Part shown: positions 31,732 through 40,083 of the stretch, piece after piece
How the letters are laid out: the number at the start of each line of letters is the position of its first letter
How positions within the stretch are numbered: position 1 is the stretch's first letter
NCBI GenBank assembly: GCA_045612385.1
Contig: JAZKYZ010000068.1
Location: 4,429-68,428 of the forward strand
Source: Eubacteriales bacterium
GTDB taxonomy: Bacteria; Bacillota; Clostridia; Oscillospirales; CAG-272
Direction: 5' to 3'
DNA length: 64,000 nt
The notes under the pieces: generated by a model
What the model was told of the DNA's origin: nothing
Seen by the model: the letters and a program-made list of their open reading frames with translations, nothing else
Database searches by the model: none
Program-made: the position numbers and the translations under genes

Positions 31732-31760
31732 TAATATACCACCAAATGGAAAAATAGTCA
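31732..31760 (-). promoter_or_regulatory. sigma-A type promoter for the decarboxylase operon
   Basis: On the minus strand: TTGACT, 17-nt spacer, TATATT, with TG at the extended -10 position. Confidence 0.45.
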
Positions 31761-31780
31761 AGTCTTTTTGCGTTTTTTTT

Positions 31781-31820
31781 ATAAAAAAAACACTGAGTTT
31801 GCCGATTGCTAAACTCAGTG
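31781..31820 (-). terminator. terminator after the XRE-family regulator gene
   Basis: 10-bp stem cactgagttt/aaactcagtg with a 10-nt loop, followed by a T-run on the minus strand. Confidence 0.6.
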
Positions 31821-31838
31821 TATAAAAAATAACAAAAA

Positions 31839-32681
31839 TCAAGATTTGAAATATTCCATCATAGACATTTTTTTCGTAGCATAACGATATGCTTTTTCAA
31901 AATCCAACAATTCTTTGTAACAGTTTTCAAGGTCGGTATAAATTCCAAAGAAAACAAAAGCATCATAATTTTCTTGTGTTTTTTCTTCCTCTGCCTGACA
32001 CAGCAGTTGAATTGCCTCTACATACAATCTTGATTTGATTTTGTTTTTTGCCGTCATATGAAGACTTAAAATTGGATTTTTGTATTGATAATCCAAGTCT
32101 CCTATGTAATAATGGTAATATTCTTCATCTGTTACATCATGAACCAAGTCATCATATTCTTCGTTATCAAAATGTAACTTTGGCGCTTGTATATTTTGTG
32201 TGATGGAGGAAATTAAAGAAATTTTTGCCCGCAGAAGTTTTGTATCAAGTGTTGACAAAGAAATATATTCCATTGTTTTTTCAATCCATCTCCTTGCGCT
32301 GGCGAGAGATCCGTTCCTTGTTTTCTCTTTCGCTATTCGATAAGCGCATTCAGCAGCAAGATACATTAAGGAATTTGATTTCTGCCCAAATCTATCTATT
32401 AAATACAAAGATTTTTCAAAATTGTTTTTATGGAATTCATCCCAAATTTCTTGTTCGTGCTCTATACGTTCAAATGTCTCAATAGAAATATCACGTGAAA
32501 CAAGATACTCAATTCTTATATTTAATTTATCAGCAATGTAGTAGAGTGTATCAAGCGAAGGAGAAGCATTGCCGCTTTCTATTAGACTTAACATATTCCG
32601 ACTTATTTTATCGCCAGAGACTTGTGCTTGTGTTAAACCAAGCTGTTTTCTTCGTGCTTTAATTTTTTCACCAATACTCAT
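31839..32681 (-). CDS. XRE-family HTH regulator with a helical, TPR-like C-terminal domain
   Basis: 280 aa. N-terminus IGEKIKARRKQLGLTQAQV...LSLIESG is a Cro/C1-type HTH. The C-terminal ~200 aa look like helical repeats, an RNPP/Rgg-like architecture judged by size only. Confidence 0.7.
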   Translation of the reverse strand: MSIGEKIKARRKQLGLTQAQVSGDKISRNMLSLIESGNASPSLDTLYYIADKLNIRIEYLVSRDISIETFERIEHEQEIWDEFHKNNFEKSLYLIDRFGQKSNSLMYLAAECAYRIAKEKTRNGSLASARRWIEKTMEYISLSTLDTKLLRAKISLISSITQNIQAPKLHFDNEEYDDLVHDVTDEEYYHYYIGDLDYQYKNPILSLHMTAKNKIKSRLYVEAIQLLCQAEEEKTQENYDAFVFFGIYTDLENCYKELLDFEKAYRYATKKMSMMEYFKS

Positions 32682-33709
32682 TCTTCGCTCTCCTTTCTTC
32701 GAATTGAAATGTTAGCAAGTGGATTTTGCATCATTGCCTCTTCCATATTTCTATCGACAACGTGAGTATAGATTTGAGTAGTATTTAATTGCTCGTGTCC
32801 CAATATATCTTTTAATACTCTGATATCAACATTTCCGGATTGAAACATCAGCGTTGCTGCTGTGTGACGTAATTTATGAACAGACAAGCCTTTTTGCGCA
32901 TATCCTGCCATCCATAGGTATTTATACACAATGTATTGAACGGTTTTTGGTGAGATTCTACTTTGTCTTGTACTTAAGAAAAAAGCATTTTCACCAGTGT
33001 GAATATATCTTGGATCTAAGCGAGTACGTAAATATTCCTCCAGTACCTTACGCGAGGCATCATTGAGGTATATCGTGCGTTCCTTATTACCTTTTCCAAG
33101 CACTCTTACCATTTTGAGTTCACTATCAAAACTGGTCAGATTAAGAGAAACAAGCTCGGAAAGACGCATTCCCGTATTTAGAAACAAGGAAATAATACAA
33201 AAATCGCGCGAAGCAGTTTTACTTTCCTTATCATTCCTGACCACCTCAAGTAAATGAATACATTCCTCCAGAGTGAGATGCTTAGGCAAGGATTTTTTCT
33301 TTTTTGGAGAATCGATTTCTATACAGGGGTTTGTTTCAATATATCTTCTTTTGGAGTGCAGGAATGAAAAAAATGAGCGCAGAGAAGAGAGCTTTCGACT
33401 TCTTGTTGAAGTATTGTTTTTAAGGCTGATTGTGCAATACATCAAAAAAGAAATAATATTTTCTTGCCGTATTTTACGTATAGAATCCAGAGTGATATCG
33501 GAAATTACAATTTTTTCTAAATCCTCATATGATAGATTCTGCCGTGCTTCCATCATTTTTTGATGACGAAAGAATGTACGTATATCAAGCAGGTATTCGC
33601 AAACAGTTTTTTCGCTTTTTCCTTGTATGGTGACCATATAAGCTGCGTATTCCTGAATAATTGGCGGGAAAGTTAAATATTCATCACTTTGAAACGTTAA
33701 AACAGACAT
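32678..33709 (-). CDS. tyrosine site-specific recombinase (XerC/XerD-like)
   Basis: Catalytic-domain motifs NTGMRLSEL, HKLRHTAATLMF and LGHEQLNTTQIYTHV. The ATG at 33709 is preceded by GAGGTG. The 3' end overlaps the XRE gene start (ATGA). Confidence 0.85.
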   Translation of the reverse strand: MSVLTFQSDEYLTFPPIIQEYAAYMVTIQGKSEKTVCEYLLDIRTFFRHQKMMEARQNLSYEDLEKIVISDITLDSIRKIRQENIISFLMYCTISLKNNTSTRSRKLSSLRSFFSFLHSKRRYIETNPCIEIDSPKKKKSLPKHLTLEECIHLLEVVRNDKESKTASRDFCIISLFLNTGMRLSELVSLNLTSFDSELKMVRVLGKGNKERTIYLNDASRKVLEEYLRTRLDPRYIHTGENAFFLSTRQSRISPKTVQYIVYKYLWMAGYAQKGLSVHKLRHTAATLMFQSGNVDIRVLKDILGHEQLNTTQIYTHVVDRNMEEAMMQNPLANISIRRKESEE

Positions 33710-33718
33710 ATTCACCTC

Positions 33719-33741
33719 AAATGTAAATAATGTTTACATTT
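33719..33741. promoter_or_regulatory. candidate operator palindrome upstream of the recombinase gene
   Basis: Perfect inverted repeat aaatgtaaa-N5-tttacattt immediately 5' of the RBS. A further TGTAAA half-site lies near 33784. Confidence 0.35.
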
Positions 33742-33857
33742 ATTATTATACATTAAAAAAATTAAATTTAGTGGATAAAGTGTAAACTTTTAAGAAAATC
33801 TATTGTTTTTTTGCGTATTTATGTTAGAATAAAATAAAACGTATTTTAGGAGACATA

Positions 33858-34451
33858 ATGAAATTTTTTAAAGATAACTCTTACGATATTGTTAAGCTGT
33901 ATGTGAACAATATTGGTATCTCCATATTTGCTTTGATGCTCTATTTTGCTGCCGGTGATATAGCGAAGGAGTCAGCTTCTGTTTTTAATCTTGTGATTTC
34001 TGTTTTTTCCATTCTATTTTTAATGGCATTGGTTTATTGTGCAGGATGGGATTTTGGCGCTAAAGATAAGTTGCATATTGACGCAAAAAAGATCGAATTT
34101 GATAAATACAAGGGTCTGAAACTCGCTTTGTTGGCAAACATTCCTAACTTTGTACTTTCATTCTTTTCTGTCGCATTTCTTCTTCTCTTTATTTTAAGCA
34201 ACGTAGAAGGATTTAAAGTGACTTCGGCTATTTTTGATGCTATTATGAGACTTTCTATGTCGCATTACATTGGATTGGTGCAAGCAATTTCAGACCTGTT
34301 TTCATTAGGCCTGGAATGGTCCTATGTCCTGGAGGGTACATTTTTTATCTTACTTCCAGCACTTGTAGTTCTTGCCACCGTGCTTGGTTATCATCTCGGT
34401 ATTCATAACAAACGAATTTTTGCATTGTTTTCAAAAAATCAAGAAGAATAA
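33858..34451 (+). CDS. polytopic membrane protein, unknown function
   Basis: 197 aa with about 5 hydrophobic helices. No motif recognised. Confidence 0.5.
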   Translation: MKFFKDNSYDIVKLYVNNIGISIFALMLYFAAGDIAKESASVFNLVISVFSILFLMALVYCAGWDFGAKDKLHIDAKKIEFDKYKGLKLALLANIPNFVLSFFSVAFLLLFILSNVEGFKVTSAIFDAIMRLSMSHYIGLVQAISDLFSLGLEWSYVLEGTFFILLPALVVLATVLGYHLGIHNKRIFALFSKNQEE

Positions 34452-34499
34452 AACACATCAACTCCCCATATCTTTTTAAAAAAGAATGGGGAGTTTTTT

Positions 34500-35249
34500 A
34501 TGAAAATTCGAGTTTTTTCCTTGAAGAAATTAAATTTTATCTTAAATTTCTTCACTACATTTGTTTTCGCTTTGATGTGTGTTTTTCTTTCTTTTTCGAT
34601 TATGCATTGGACGGACAGGTTTGGTGCGTATGTGGAAACAATGAGTGTATCGACAAGTCCGGTTATCGTTATAGATGCTGGGCACGGTGGGGAGGATGTT
34701 GGAGCCATAGGCACAAATGGTGTATATGAAAAGGATTTGAATTTTGAAATTGCATTTCTATTAGGCGAAATTCTAACAGAGGAAGGTTTTACGGTTTTTT
34801 ATACCAGAACGCAGGATAAATTGCTATATGGAGAAGATGAAAACATTAAGGGGATGCGTAAAATATACGATTTAAAAAACAGAGCCGAAATTGTCAATGA
34901 AAAGAATCCTTATATGCTTATCAGCATACATATGAATTACTTTTCCATCGAAAAATATTCTGGCTTTGAAGTATATTACAGAACTGGAGATACCGACTCG
35001 CAAAGATTGGCATATGATGTTTCTTCAGAGGTTAAACTGTTTTCTGAATTGGAGAATATTCGTACCCCAAAGGCAACTGAGGAGTTATACATTTTGAAAA
35101 ATACATCTTGTCCGGCGCTGCTCATAGAATGTGGCTTTTTGTCTAACAAAGTGGAGTGTGAAAAACTTTGTGAAAAAGAATACCAAAAACAGTTGTGTTT
35201 TTCGATTGTTTGTGGTATTATTAAATATGAAAGTCGAAAAGATTACTGA
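34500..35249 (+). CDS. cwlD: N-acetylmuramoyl-L-alanine amidase, CwlD-like (germination-specific)
   Basis: 249 aa. N-terminal TM helix, then the Amidase_3 motif VIVIDAGHGGEDVGA and SIHMN. Size and architecture fit CwlD. Confidence 0.7.
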   Translation: MKIRVFSLKKLNFILNFFTTFVFALMCVFLSFSIMHWTDRFGAYVETMSVSTSPVIVIDAGHGGEDVGAIGTNGVYEKDLNFEIAFLLGEILTEEGFTVFYTRTQDKLLYGEDENIKGMRKIYDLKNRAEIVNEKNPYMLISIHMNYFSIEKYSGFEVYYRTGDTDSQRLAYDVSSEVKLFSELENIRTPKATEELYILKNTSCPALLIECGFLSNKVECEKLCEKEYQKQLCFSIVCGIIKYESRKDY

Positions 35250-35260
35250 TGGAGTAAAAA

Positions 35261-36631
35261 ATGAAAGCAAAATCATTATATGTTTGCCGTGAGTGTGGTA
35301 CCACAACCATTCGCCCTTTGGGCAGATGTCCGGAATGTGGTTGTTTTGACACATTTGACGAAGAAATATTCGAGCAAGAACCGAAAAAGAATGCAAGAAT
35401 AAAATCAAACAATAAAGCCGAGAAATTAAGCGAACTTACTCTGCCGGAGTATCTGCGCACCACAACAGGTATGGCAGAGCTTGACCGAGTGCTGGGGGGT
35501 GGACTTGTTTCTGGCAGTGTTGTTCTGTTATCTGGCGAACCAGGTATTGGTAAATCCACTCTTTTGTTGCAAATTTCCTCAGAGCTTTCACGCACGCGTA
35601 AGGTTCTTTATGTTTCTGGCGAGGAATCGAAAGGACAACTTAAATTGCGCGCAGATCGCCTGCAAATTCGTGGAGAAGATGTTTATTTGCTGACAGAAAC
35701 AGATTTGGATGCTGTTTTAGAGGAAGCTAAAAGGATTTCCCCTGAGGTGATTATCATTGACTCTGTTCAAACGCTATCTTCTGATCGTTTTACCTCTGGC
35801 TGTGGCTCTATCACACAGGTTCGTGAATGTTCTCAAGAGTTTATCAATTTTGCTAAAGTAAATCAATGTGCAGTTTTTCTTGTTGGACACGTGAACAAAG
35901 AGGGAACAATCTCAGGTCCAAAAACACTTGAACATATGGTTGACGCCGTATTGTATTTTGAAGGAGAACGGACCAATTCATATAGAATTATCCGTGCCAT
36001 TAAAAATCGTTTTGGATCTACAAACGAGATTGGTGTATTTGAAATGGGTGATAAAGGACTCATTGAAATACCCAATCCATCCGAAGTTGTTATGGCAGAG
36101 CGTCCACACGGAACAAGTGGTTCTTGCGCTGGCTGTGTAATGCAAGGTACAAGACCCATCATTTCAGAAATTCAAGCGTTGGTTTCTAAATCTGCATATC
36201 CTACGGCAAAGCGAACATCTGATGGTTTCGATCACAATAGAATGTCATTACTTATTGCTGTTCTTGAAAAAAGAATGGGACTTAAATTTTATGAGAATGA
36301 TGTTTATTTAAATGTAGCAGGTGGAATCCGTTTGGATGAACCGTCTGCTGATTTATCCATTGCTATGGCGTTAATCAGTGGAATTACAGATCGTGTAATT
36401 CCTGACGGCTTGATTGCGTTTGGAGAAATTGGATTATCTGGAGAGGTACGAGCTGTATCACACATTGATTATCGGGTAAAGGAAGCTGTTAGACTTGGTT
36501 TTACTAAAATTGTTTTACCGAAGAAAAATCTTTCTTCTCACCTGACGGTTCCAGATGGTGTAGAATTGGTTGGTATTACGAACATTTATGAGGCGCTTGT
36601 TCAAATGCAACTTCGTCTCCAAAACAATTAA
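35261..36631 (+). CDS. radA: DNA repair protein RadA/Sms
   Basis: Zinc finger CRECG...CPECG, Walker A GEPGIGKSTLLLQ, the KNRFG motif and a Lon-like C-terminus. Confidence 0.95.
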   Translation: MKAKSLYVCRECGTTTIRPLGRCPECGCFDTFDEEIFEQEPKKNARIKSNNKAEKLSELTLPEYLRTTTGMAELDRVLGGGLVSGSVVLLSGEPGIGKSTLLLQISSELSRTRKVLYVSGEESKGQLKLRADRLQIRGEDVYLLTETDLDAVLEEAKRISPEVIIIDSVQTLSSDRFTSGCGSITQVRECSQEFINFAKVNQCAVFLVGHVNKEGTISGPKTLEHMVDAVLYFEGERTNSYRIIRAIKNRFGSTNEIGVFEMGDKGLIEIPNPSEVVMAERPHGTSGSCAGCVMQGTRPIISEIQALVSKSAYPTAKRTSDGFDHNRMSLLIAVLEKRMGLKFYENDVYLNVAGGIRLDEPSADLSIAMALISGITDRVIPDGLIAFGEIGLSGEVRAVSHIDYRVKEAVRLGFTKIVLPKKNLSSHLTVPDGVELVGITNIYEALVQMQLRLQNN

Positions 36632-36652
36632 GTACTCTTTGGTTTTTAATTT

Positions 36653-36686
36653 AAGGGCGATTGAAATGTATAATCGCCCTTTTTCT
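36653..36686 (+). terminator. terminator after radA
   Basis: Stem aagggcgatt/aatcgccctt followed by a T-run. Confidence 0.65.
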
Positions 36687-36763
36687 TTTAATTCCTGTGC
36701 AAAATGCACAATTTGCATAAAAAAAGTTCTACATTAAGTGGTCTAAAACTTTAAATATTTTTC

Positions 36764-36792
36764 TTGAAATCTACTCCTAAATATAGTATAAT
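36764..36792 (+). promoter_or_regulatory. sigma-A type promoter upstream of the EF-G paralogue
   Basis: TTGAAA, 17-nt spacer, TATAAT. Shares 19 identical nt with the coaE promoter. Confidence 0.5.
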
Positions 36793-36858
36793 AAAGTAAA
36801 TGTAGGAATGGAATTCTCTATTTTCAGCATTAAATTTACTCATTAGGAGACAAATCTT

Positions 36859-38934
36859 ATGGAACAGGTTTACACCAAAAGTATTCGAAATGTAGCCCTC
36901 CTCGGACACAGCGGGGGCGGTAAAACATCCCTTGCAGAGTCTATGCTCTATATTTCTCGTCTGACCGACAGACTTGGTAATATTCAGGATGGAAATACAG
37001 TTTGCGATTACGACCCTGAAGAAATTAAAAGAGGTTATTCTATTTCTGCTGCTATCGCTCCCATGCTTTGGAACGGTACTAAAATAAATATTCTTGATAC
37101 CCCAGGCTTCTTTGACTTTGAAGGTGAAGTTCGTCAGTGCGTTCGTGCTGCTGATGCTGCTATTATTGTTGTTGACGGTAAGGCTGGTATTGAGGTTGGT
37201 ACCGAAATCGGCTGGAACCTTGCGACGCAGGCAGGAATTCCTAAGGCATTTTTCATCAACCGTTTTGATGACGGCGAAGCAAGATTTTATAAAGTGTTCG
37301 GCGCTATTCGTGAGAAGTATGGTCTGAACGTTTGCCCTATACAGATTCCTATTATTGATGGAGATACTGTTATTGGCTTCGCTAACCTTGTTGAAATGTG
37401 TGTTTATACGTTTGAAAAAGCAACTGGCGAATATTCAAGAAGTCCTATTCCTGAAAAGTTTGCTGAGGTATGCGACGAATATCATAATATTCTTCTGGAA
37501 GCCATTGCGCAAACCTCCGATGATCTTATGGAAAAATTCTTCGGCGGCGAAGACATTTCCCGTGAAGAAGCATTGGAAGCAATCCACCAAGGTATTATTA
37601 CCGGTGATATTGTACCTGTATTCTGTGGCGCAGCTCTTAAGAACTGGGGCATTAAGACCCTTCTTGATACCATTGCTGAATCTTTCCCCAGACCTCTTGC
37701 GAGAAAAGTTGAAAAGATTGTTGACGCTGAAGGCAATGTTTCTGATATTGCAATTGATCCCGATAGTGCTACAACAAGTATTTTCGTATTCAAGACGGTA
37801 GCAGACCCATTCGTCGGTAAGATGTCCTTCTTTAAGGTTATGAACGGTACTCTCTCTCGTGATATGGTGCTTCGCAATACCAAAACTGGTCAGAATGAAA
37901 AATTGAACAAGCTCTTTATGCTTCGTGGTAAAAAGCAGATTGATATGGATGTGTTCTCTTGTGGTGATATCGGTGTTACAGCAAAATTGCAGAATACCAA
38001 TACCAATGACACACTTACCACTGGCGCAGATGCAATTAGATATATGCCTATCGTATATCCGAATCCCTATATGACAATGGCAGTTCGTCCTGTTGCAAAG
38101 GGCGACGAAGATAAGATTTCTACGGGTATTGCAAGACTTCTTGAAGAAGATCTCACGCTTCGTTACGTAAATAACGCAGAAACCAAAGAGCTTACAGTTT
38201 CGGGTCTTGGTGACATTCACCTTGATATTATTGTATCTAAACTTAAGAGCCGTTTTGGCGCATCCGTTGTACTAGCTAAACCTAAACTTGCATACCGTGA
38301 AACGATTCGTAAGAGCGTGGAGGTTGAGGGTAAGCATAAGAAACAATCTGGTGGTTCCGGTCAGTACGGTCACGTTAAGATTAAGTTCTCTCCTGGAGAA
38401 GACGAAGGTTTGACATTTACTGAAACCGTCTTTGGTGGAGCAGTTCCTAAAAACTTCTTCCCCGCAGTAGAAACTGGTCTTCGCGAATGCATGGCAAAGG
38501 GCGTTCTTGCTGGATATCCTATGGTGCATCTTGCTGCTAATCTTTATGATGGTTCTTATCACGATGTTGACTCGAACGAAATCTCCTTCAAATTGGCAGC
38601 AGCCATTGCCTATCGCGAGGGACTTCCGAAGGCATCTCCTGTTCTTCTTGAGCCTGTGGGCGCGCTGAAGGTTTACATTCCTGACAACTATGTTGGTGAT
38701 GTAATGGGCGATCTCAACAAGAGACGTGGTAGAGTTATGGGTATTGAGCCGGCTGACGATGGAACGCAAGTTATTCTTGCAGAAGTTCCTTTTGCAGAAA
38801 TGACAGACTATGTAATCGCACTTCGTGCAGCTACGCAGGGTAGAGGCCGTTTCGATTTTGAATTTGTTCGCTATGATGAAGTTCCTTCCTCCATTGCTGA
38901 AAAGATTATTCAGGAAGCGAAAGCAGAAGGATAA
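36859..38934 (+). CDS. elongation factor G family GTPase (EF-G2-like paralogue, outside the str operon)
   Basis: 691 aa. G1 motif GHSGGGKTSL rather than the canonical AHIDAGKTT, plus DTPGFFDF and EF-G domains II-V. No rpsL/rpsG/tuf genes nearby. Confidence 0.85.
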   Translation: MEQVYTKSIRNVALLGHSGGGKTSLAESMLYISRLTDRLGNIQDGNTVCDYDPEEIKRGYSISAAIAPMLWNGTKINILDTPGFFDFEGEVRQCVRAADAAIIVVDGKAGIEVGTEIGWNLATQAGIPKAFFINRFDDGEARFYKVFGAIREKYGLNVCPIQIPIIDGDTVIGFANLVEMCVYTFEKATGEYSRSPIPEKFAEVCDEYHNILLEAIAQTSDDLMEKFFGGEDISREEALEAIHQGIITGDIVPVFCGAALKNWGIKTLLDTIAESFPRPLARKVEKIVDAEGNVSDIAIDPDSATTSIFVFKTVADPFVGKMSFFKVMNGTLSRDMVLRNTKTGQNEKLNKLFMLRGKKQIDMDVFSCGDIGVTAKLQNTNTNDTLTTGADAIRYMPIVYPNPYMTMAVRPVAKGDEDKISTGIARLLEEDLTLRYVNNAETKELTVSGLGDIHLDIIVSKLKSRFGASVVLAKPKLAYRETIRKSVEVEGKHKKQSGGSGQYGHVKIKFSPGEDEGLTFTETVFGGAVPKNFFPAVETGLRECMAKGVLAGYPMVHLAANLYDGSYHDVDSNEISFKLAAAIAYREGLPKASPVLLEPVGALKVYIPDNYVGDVMGDLNKRRGRVMGIEPADDGTQVILAEVPFAEMTDYVIALRAATQGRGRFDFEFVRYDEVPSSIAEKIIQEAKAEG

Positions 38935-38965
38935 TTTAAAATTATTAAATTTATTTCATAATTTG

Positions 38966-38999
38966 CTCTCGGCAGAAATATTCTGCCGAGAGTTTTCTT
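38966..38999 (+). terminator. terminator after the EF-G paralogue
   Basis: 12-bp stem ctctcggcagaa/ttctgccgagag with a 3-nt loop and a T-rich tail. Confidence 0.7.
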
Positions 39000-39059
39000 C
39001 TTTATTTTGAAGATATTTTTACAAGGTGTCACTTTGTCTACATATTTTGTTAAAAAATG

Positions 39060-39088
39060 TTGACAATTTTGTTGAAATATGATATAAT
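39060..39088 (+). promoter_or_regulatory. sigma-A type promoter
   Basis: TTGACA, 17-nt spacer, TATAAT, with TG at the extended -10 position. Confidence 0.55.
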
Positions 39089-39123
39089 TTGTATATTATT
39101 GTTGCGCGAAAGGAAAACCTTCG

Positions 39124-40044
39124 ATGGAAGATTTAAGACACGCAAATATACACGAATATGAGACTCCTGCTTATAAAAGCAGAAAACGTCGTCGAGGTGA
39201 TCGCAAAGAAGGGCGCCGTCTCCGTTCTCTCCCCGCTATGAGTTTTTTTGAACCATTCATTATGGATGTCAGAAATGACTCTCAAAACCTTTTTGAAGAT
39301 GTAATTGATATTTCTAAAATAGAGCAGTTCCTTGACAAAAAGCACAAAGAAGGCTACACAGATATGACATTGCTACACGTCATTCTTGCTGCCTATGTGC
39401 GTGTTGTTTCCGAACGTCCAGGCATAAACCGTTTTATTGCTGGACAGCGTATTTATGCAAGAAATAATATTGAATGTGTAATGACAATCAAAAAGGAACT
39501 TTCCTTAGAGTCACCTGATACCTGTATTAAGGTTATTTTTGACCCGAGAGACAATATTGATAATATCTATAAAAAGTTTCAAATTGTAGCAAAAAAAGCT
39601 TGTGAGGACGAAACTGATTTTGACAATACTGCAGGAGCGCTTGTTAAGCTTCCTCGCTTCCTTCTTCGTGGTCTTGTTCGCATCTTGTATTGGCTGGATT
39701 ATCACGGTTGGCTTCCTAAGGCGCTTTTGAATGTCAGCCCATTCCACGGCTCTATGATTATCACAAGTATGGGCTCTCTTGGTATTCCTGCAATCTATCA
39801 TCATCTTTATAATTTTGGTACACTACCGATTTTTGTATCTTATGGTAGTATCTTTAGTGGTGATGCGGTAAAACGTGATGGCACGCGCGAAAGACACCAT
39901 TTTGTTACCTTTAAAGTGGTGACTGATGAGCGTATTTGCGATGGTTATTATTACGCTTCTGCGTTTAAGAGAATGAAACGCTATATTTTACATCCTGAAA
40001 TGCTGGAAAATTTCCTTGATACGGTTGTCGAGGATGTTGATTAA
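39124..40044 (+). CDS. 2-oxoacid dehydrogenase E2 / CAT-fold acyltransferase-like protein
   Basis: 306 aa. The C-terminal pattern ITSMGSLGIP...FKVVTDERICDGYYYASAF parallels the E2 catalytic-domain signature (..DHRxxDG..), but reads DER. Confidence 0.55.
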   Translation: MEDLRHANIHEYETPAYKSRKRRRGDRKEGRRLRSLPAMSFFEPFIMDVRNDSQNLFEDVIDISKIEQFLDKKHKEGYTDMTLLHVILAAYVRVVSERPGINRFIAGQRIYARNNIECVMTIKKELSLESPDTCIKVIFDPRDNIDNIYKKFQIVAKKACEDETDFDNTAGALVKLPRFLLRGLVRILYWLDYHGWLPKALLNVSPFHGSMIITSMGSLGIPAIYHHLYNFGTLPIFVSYGSIFSGDAVKRDGTRERHHFVTFKVVTDERICDGYYYASAFKRMKRYILHPEMLENFLDTVVEDVD

Positions 40045-40083
40045 AAAAGAAAATCCACTCACTTGAGTGGATTTTCTTTTTTA
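40043..40083. terminator. bidirectional terminator
   Basis: Stem gaaaatccactca/tgagtggattttc flanked by an A-run and a T-run. Confidence 0.7.

Noticed and set aside
31648-31842. A 64-aa ORF immediately downstream of the XRE/TPR-like regulator, considered as a possible signalling-peptide gene for an RNPP-type regulator.
   Set aside because: It starts at a TTG overlapping the regulator's stop codon. It runs straight through the regulator's terminator hairpin and the decarboxylase promoter, and it has no RBS. It is most likely not expressed.
37435-38220. Long antisense ORFs inside well-supported genes. Examples are the 261-aa ORF opposite the EF-G gene, 7370..8026 opposite the topoisomerase gene, 24708..25250 opposite ftsH and 43874..44506 opposite the Gfo/Idh/MocA locus.
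   Set aside because: Their translations are low-complexity or Cys/Arg/Phe-rich with no motifs. They lie fully within strongly supported genes on the other strand. These are typical shadow ORFs.
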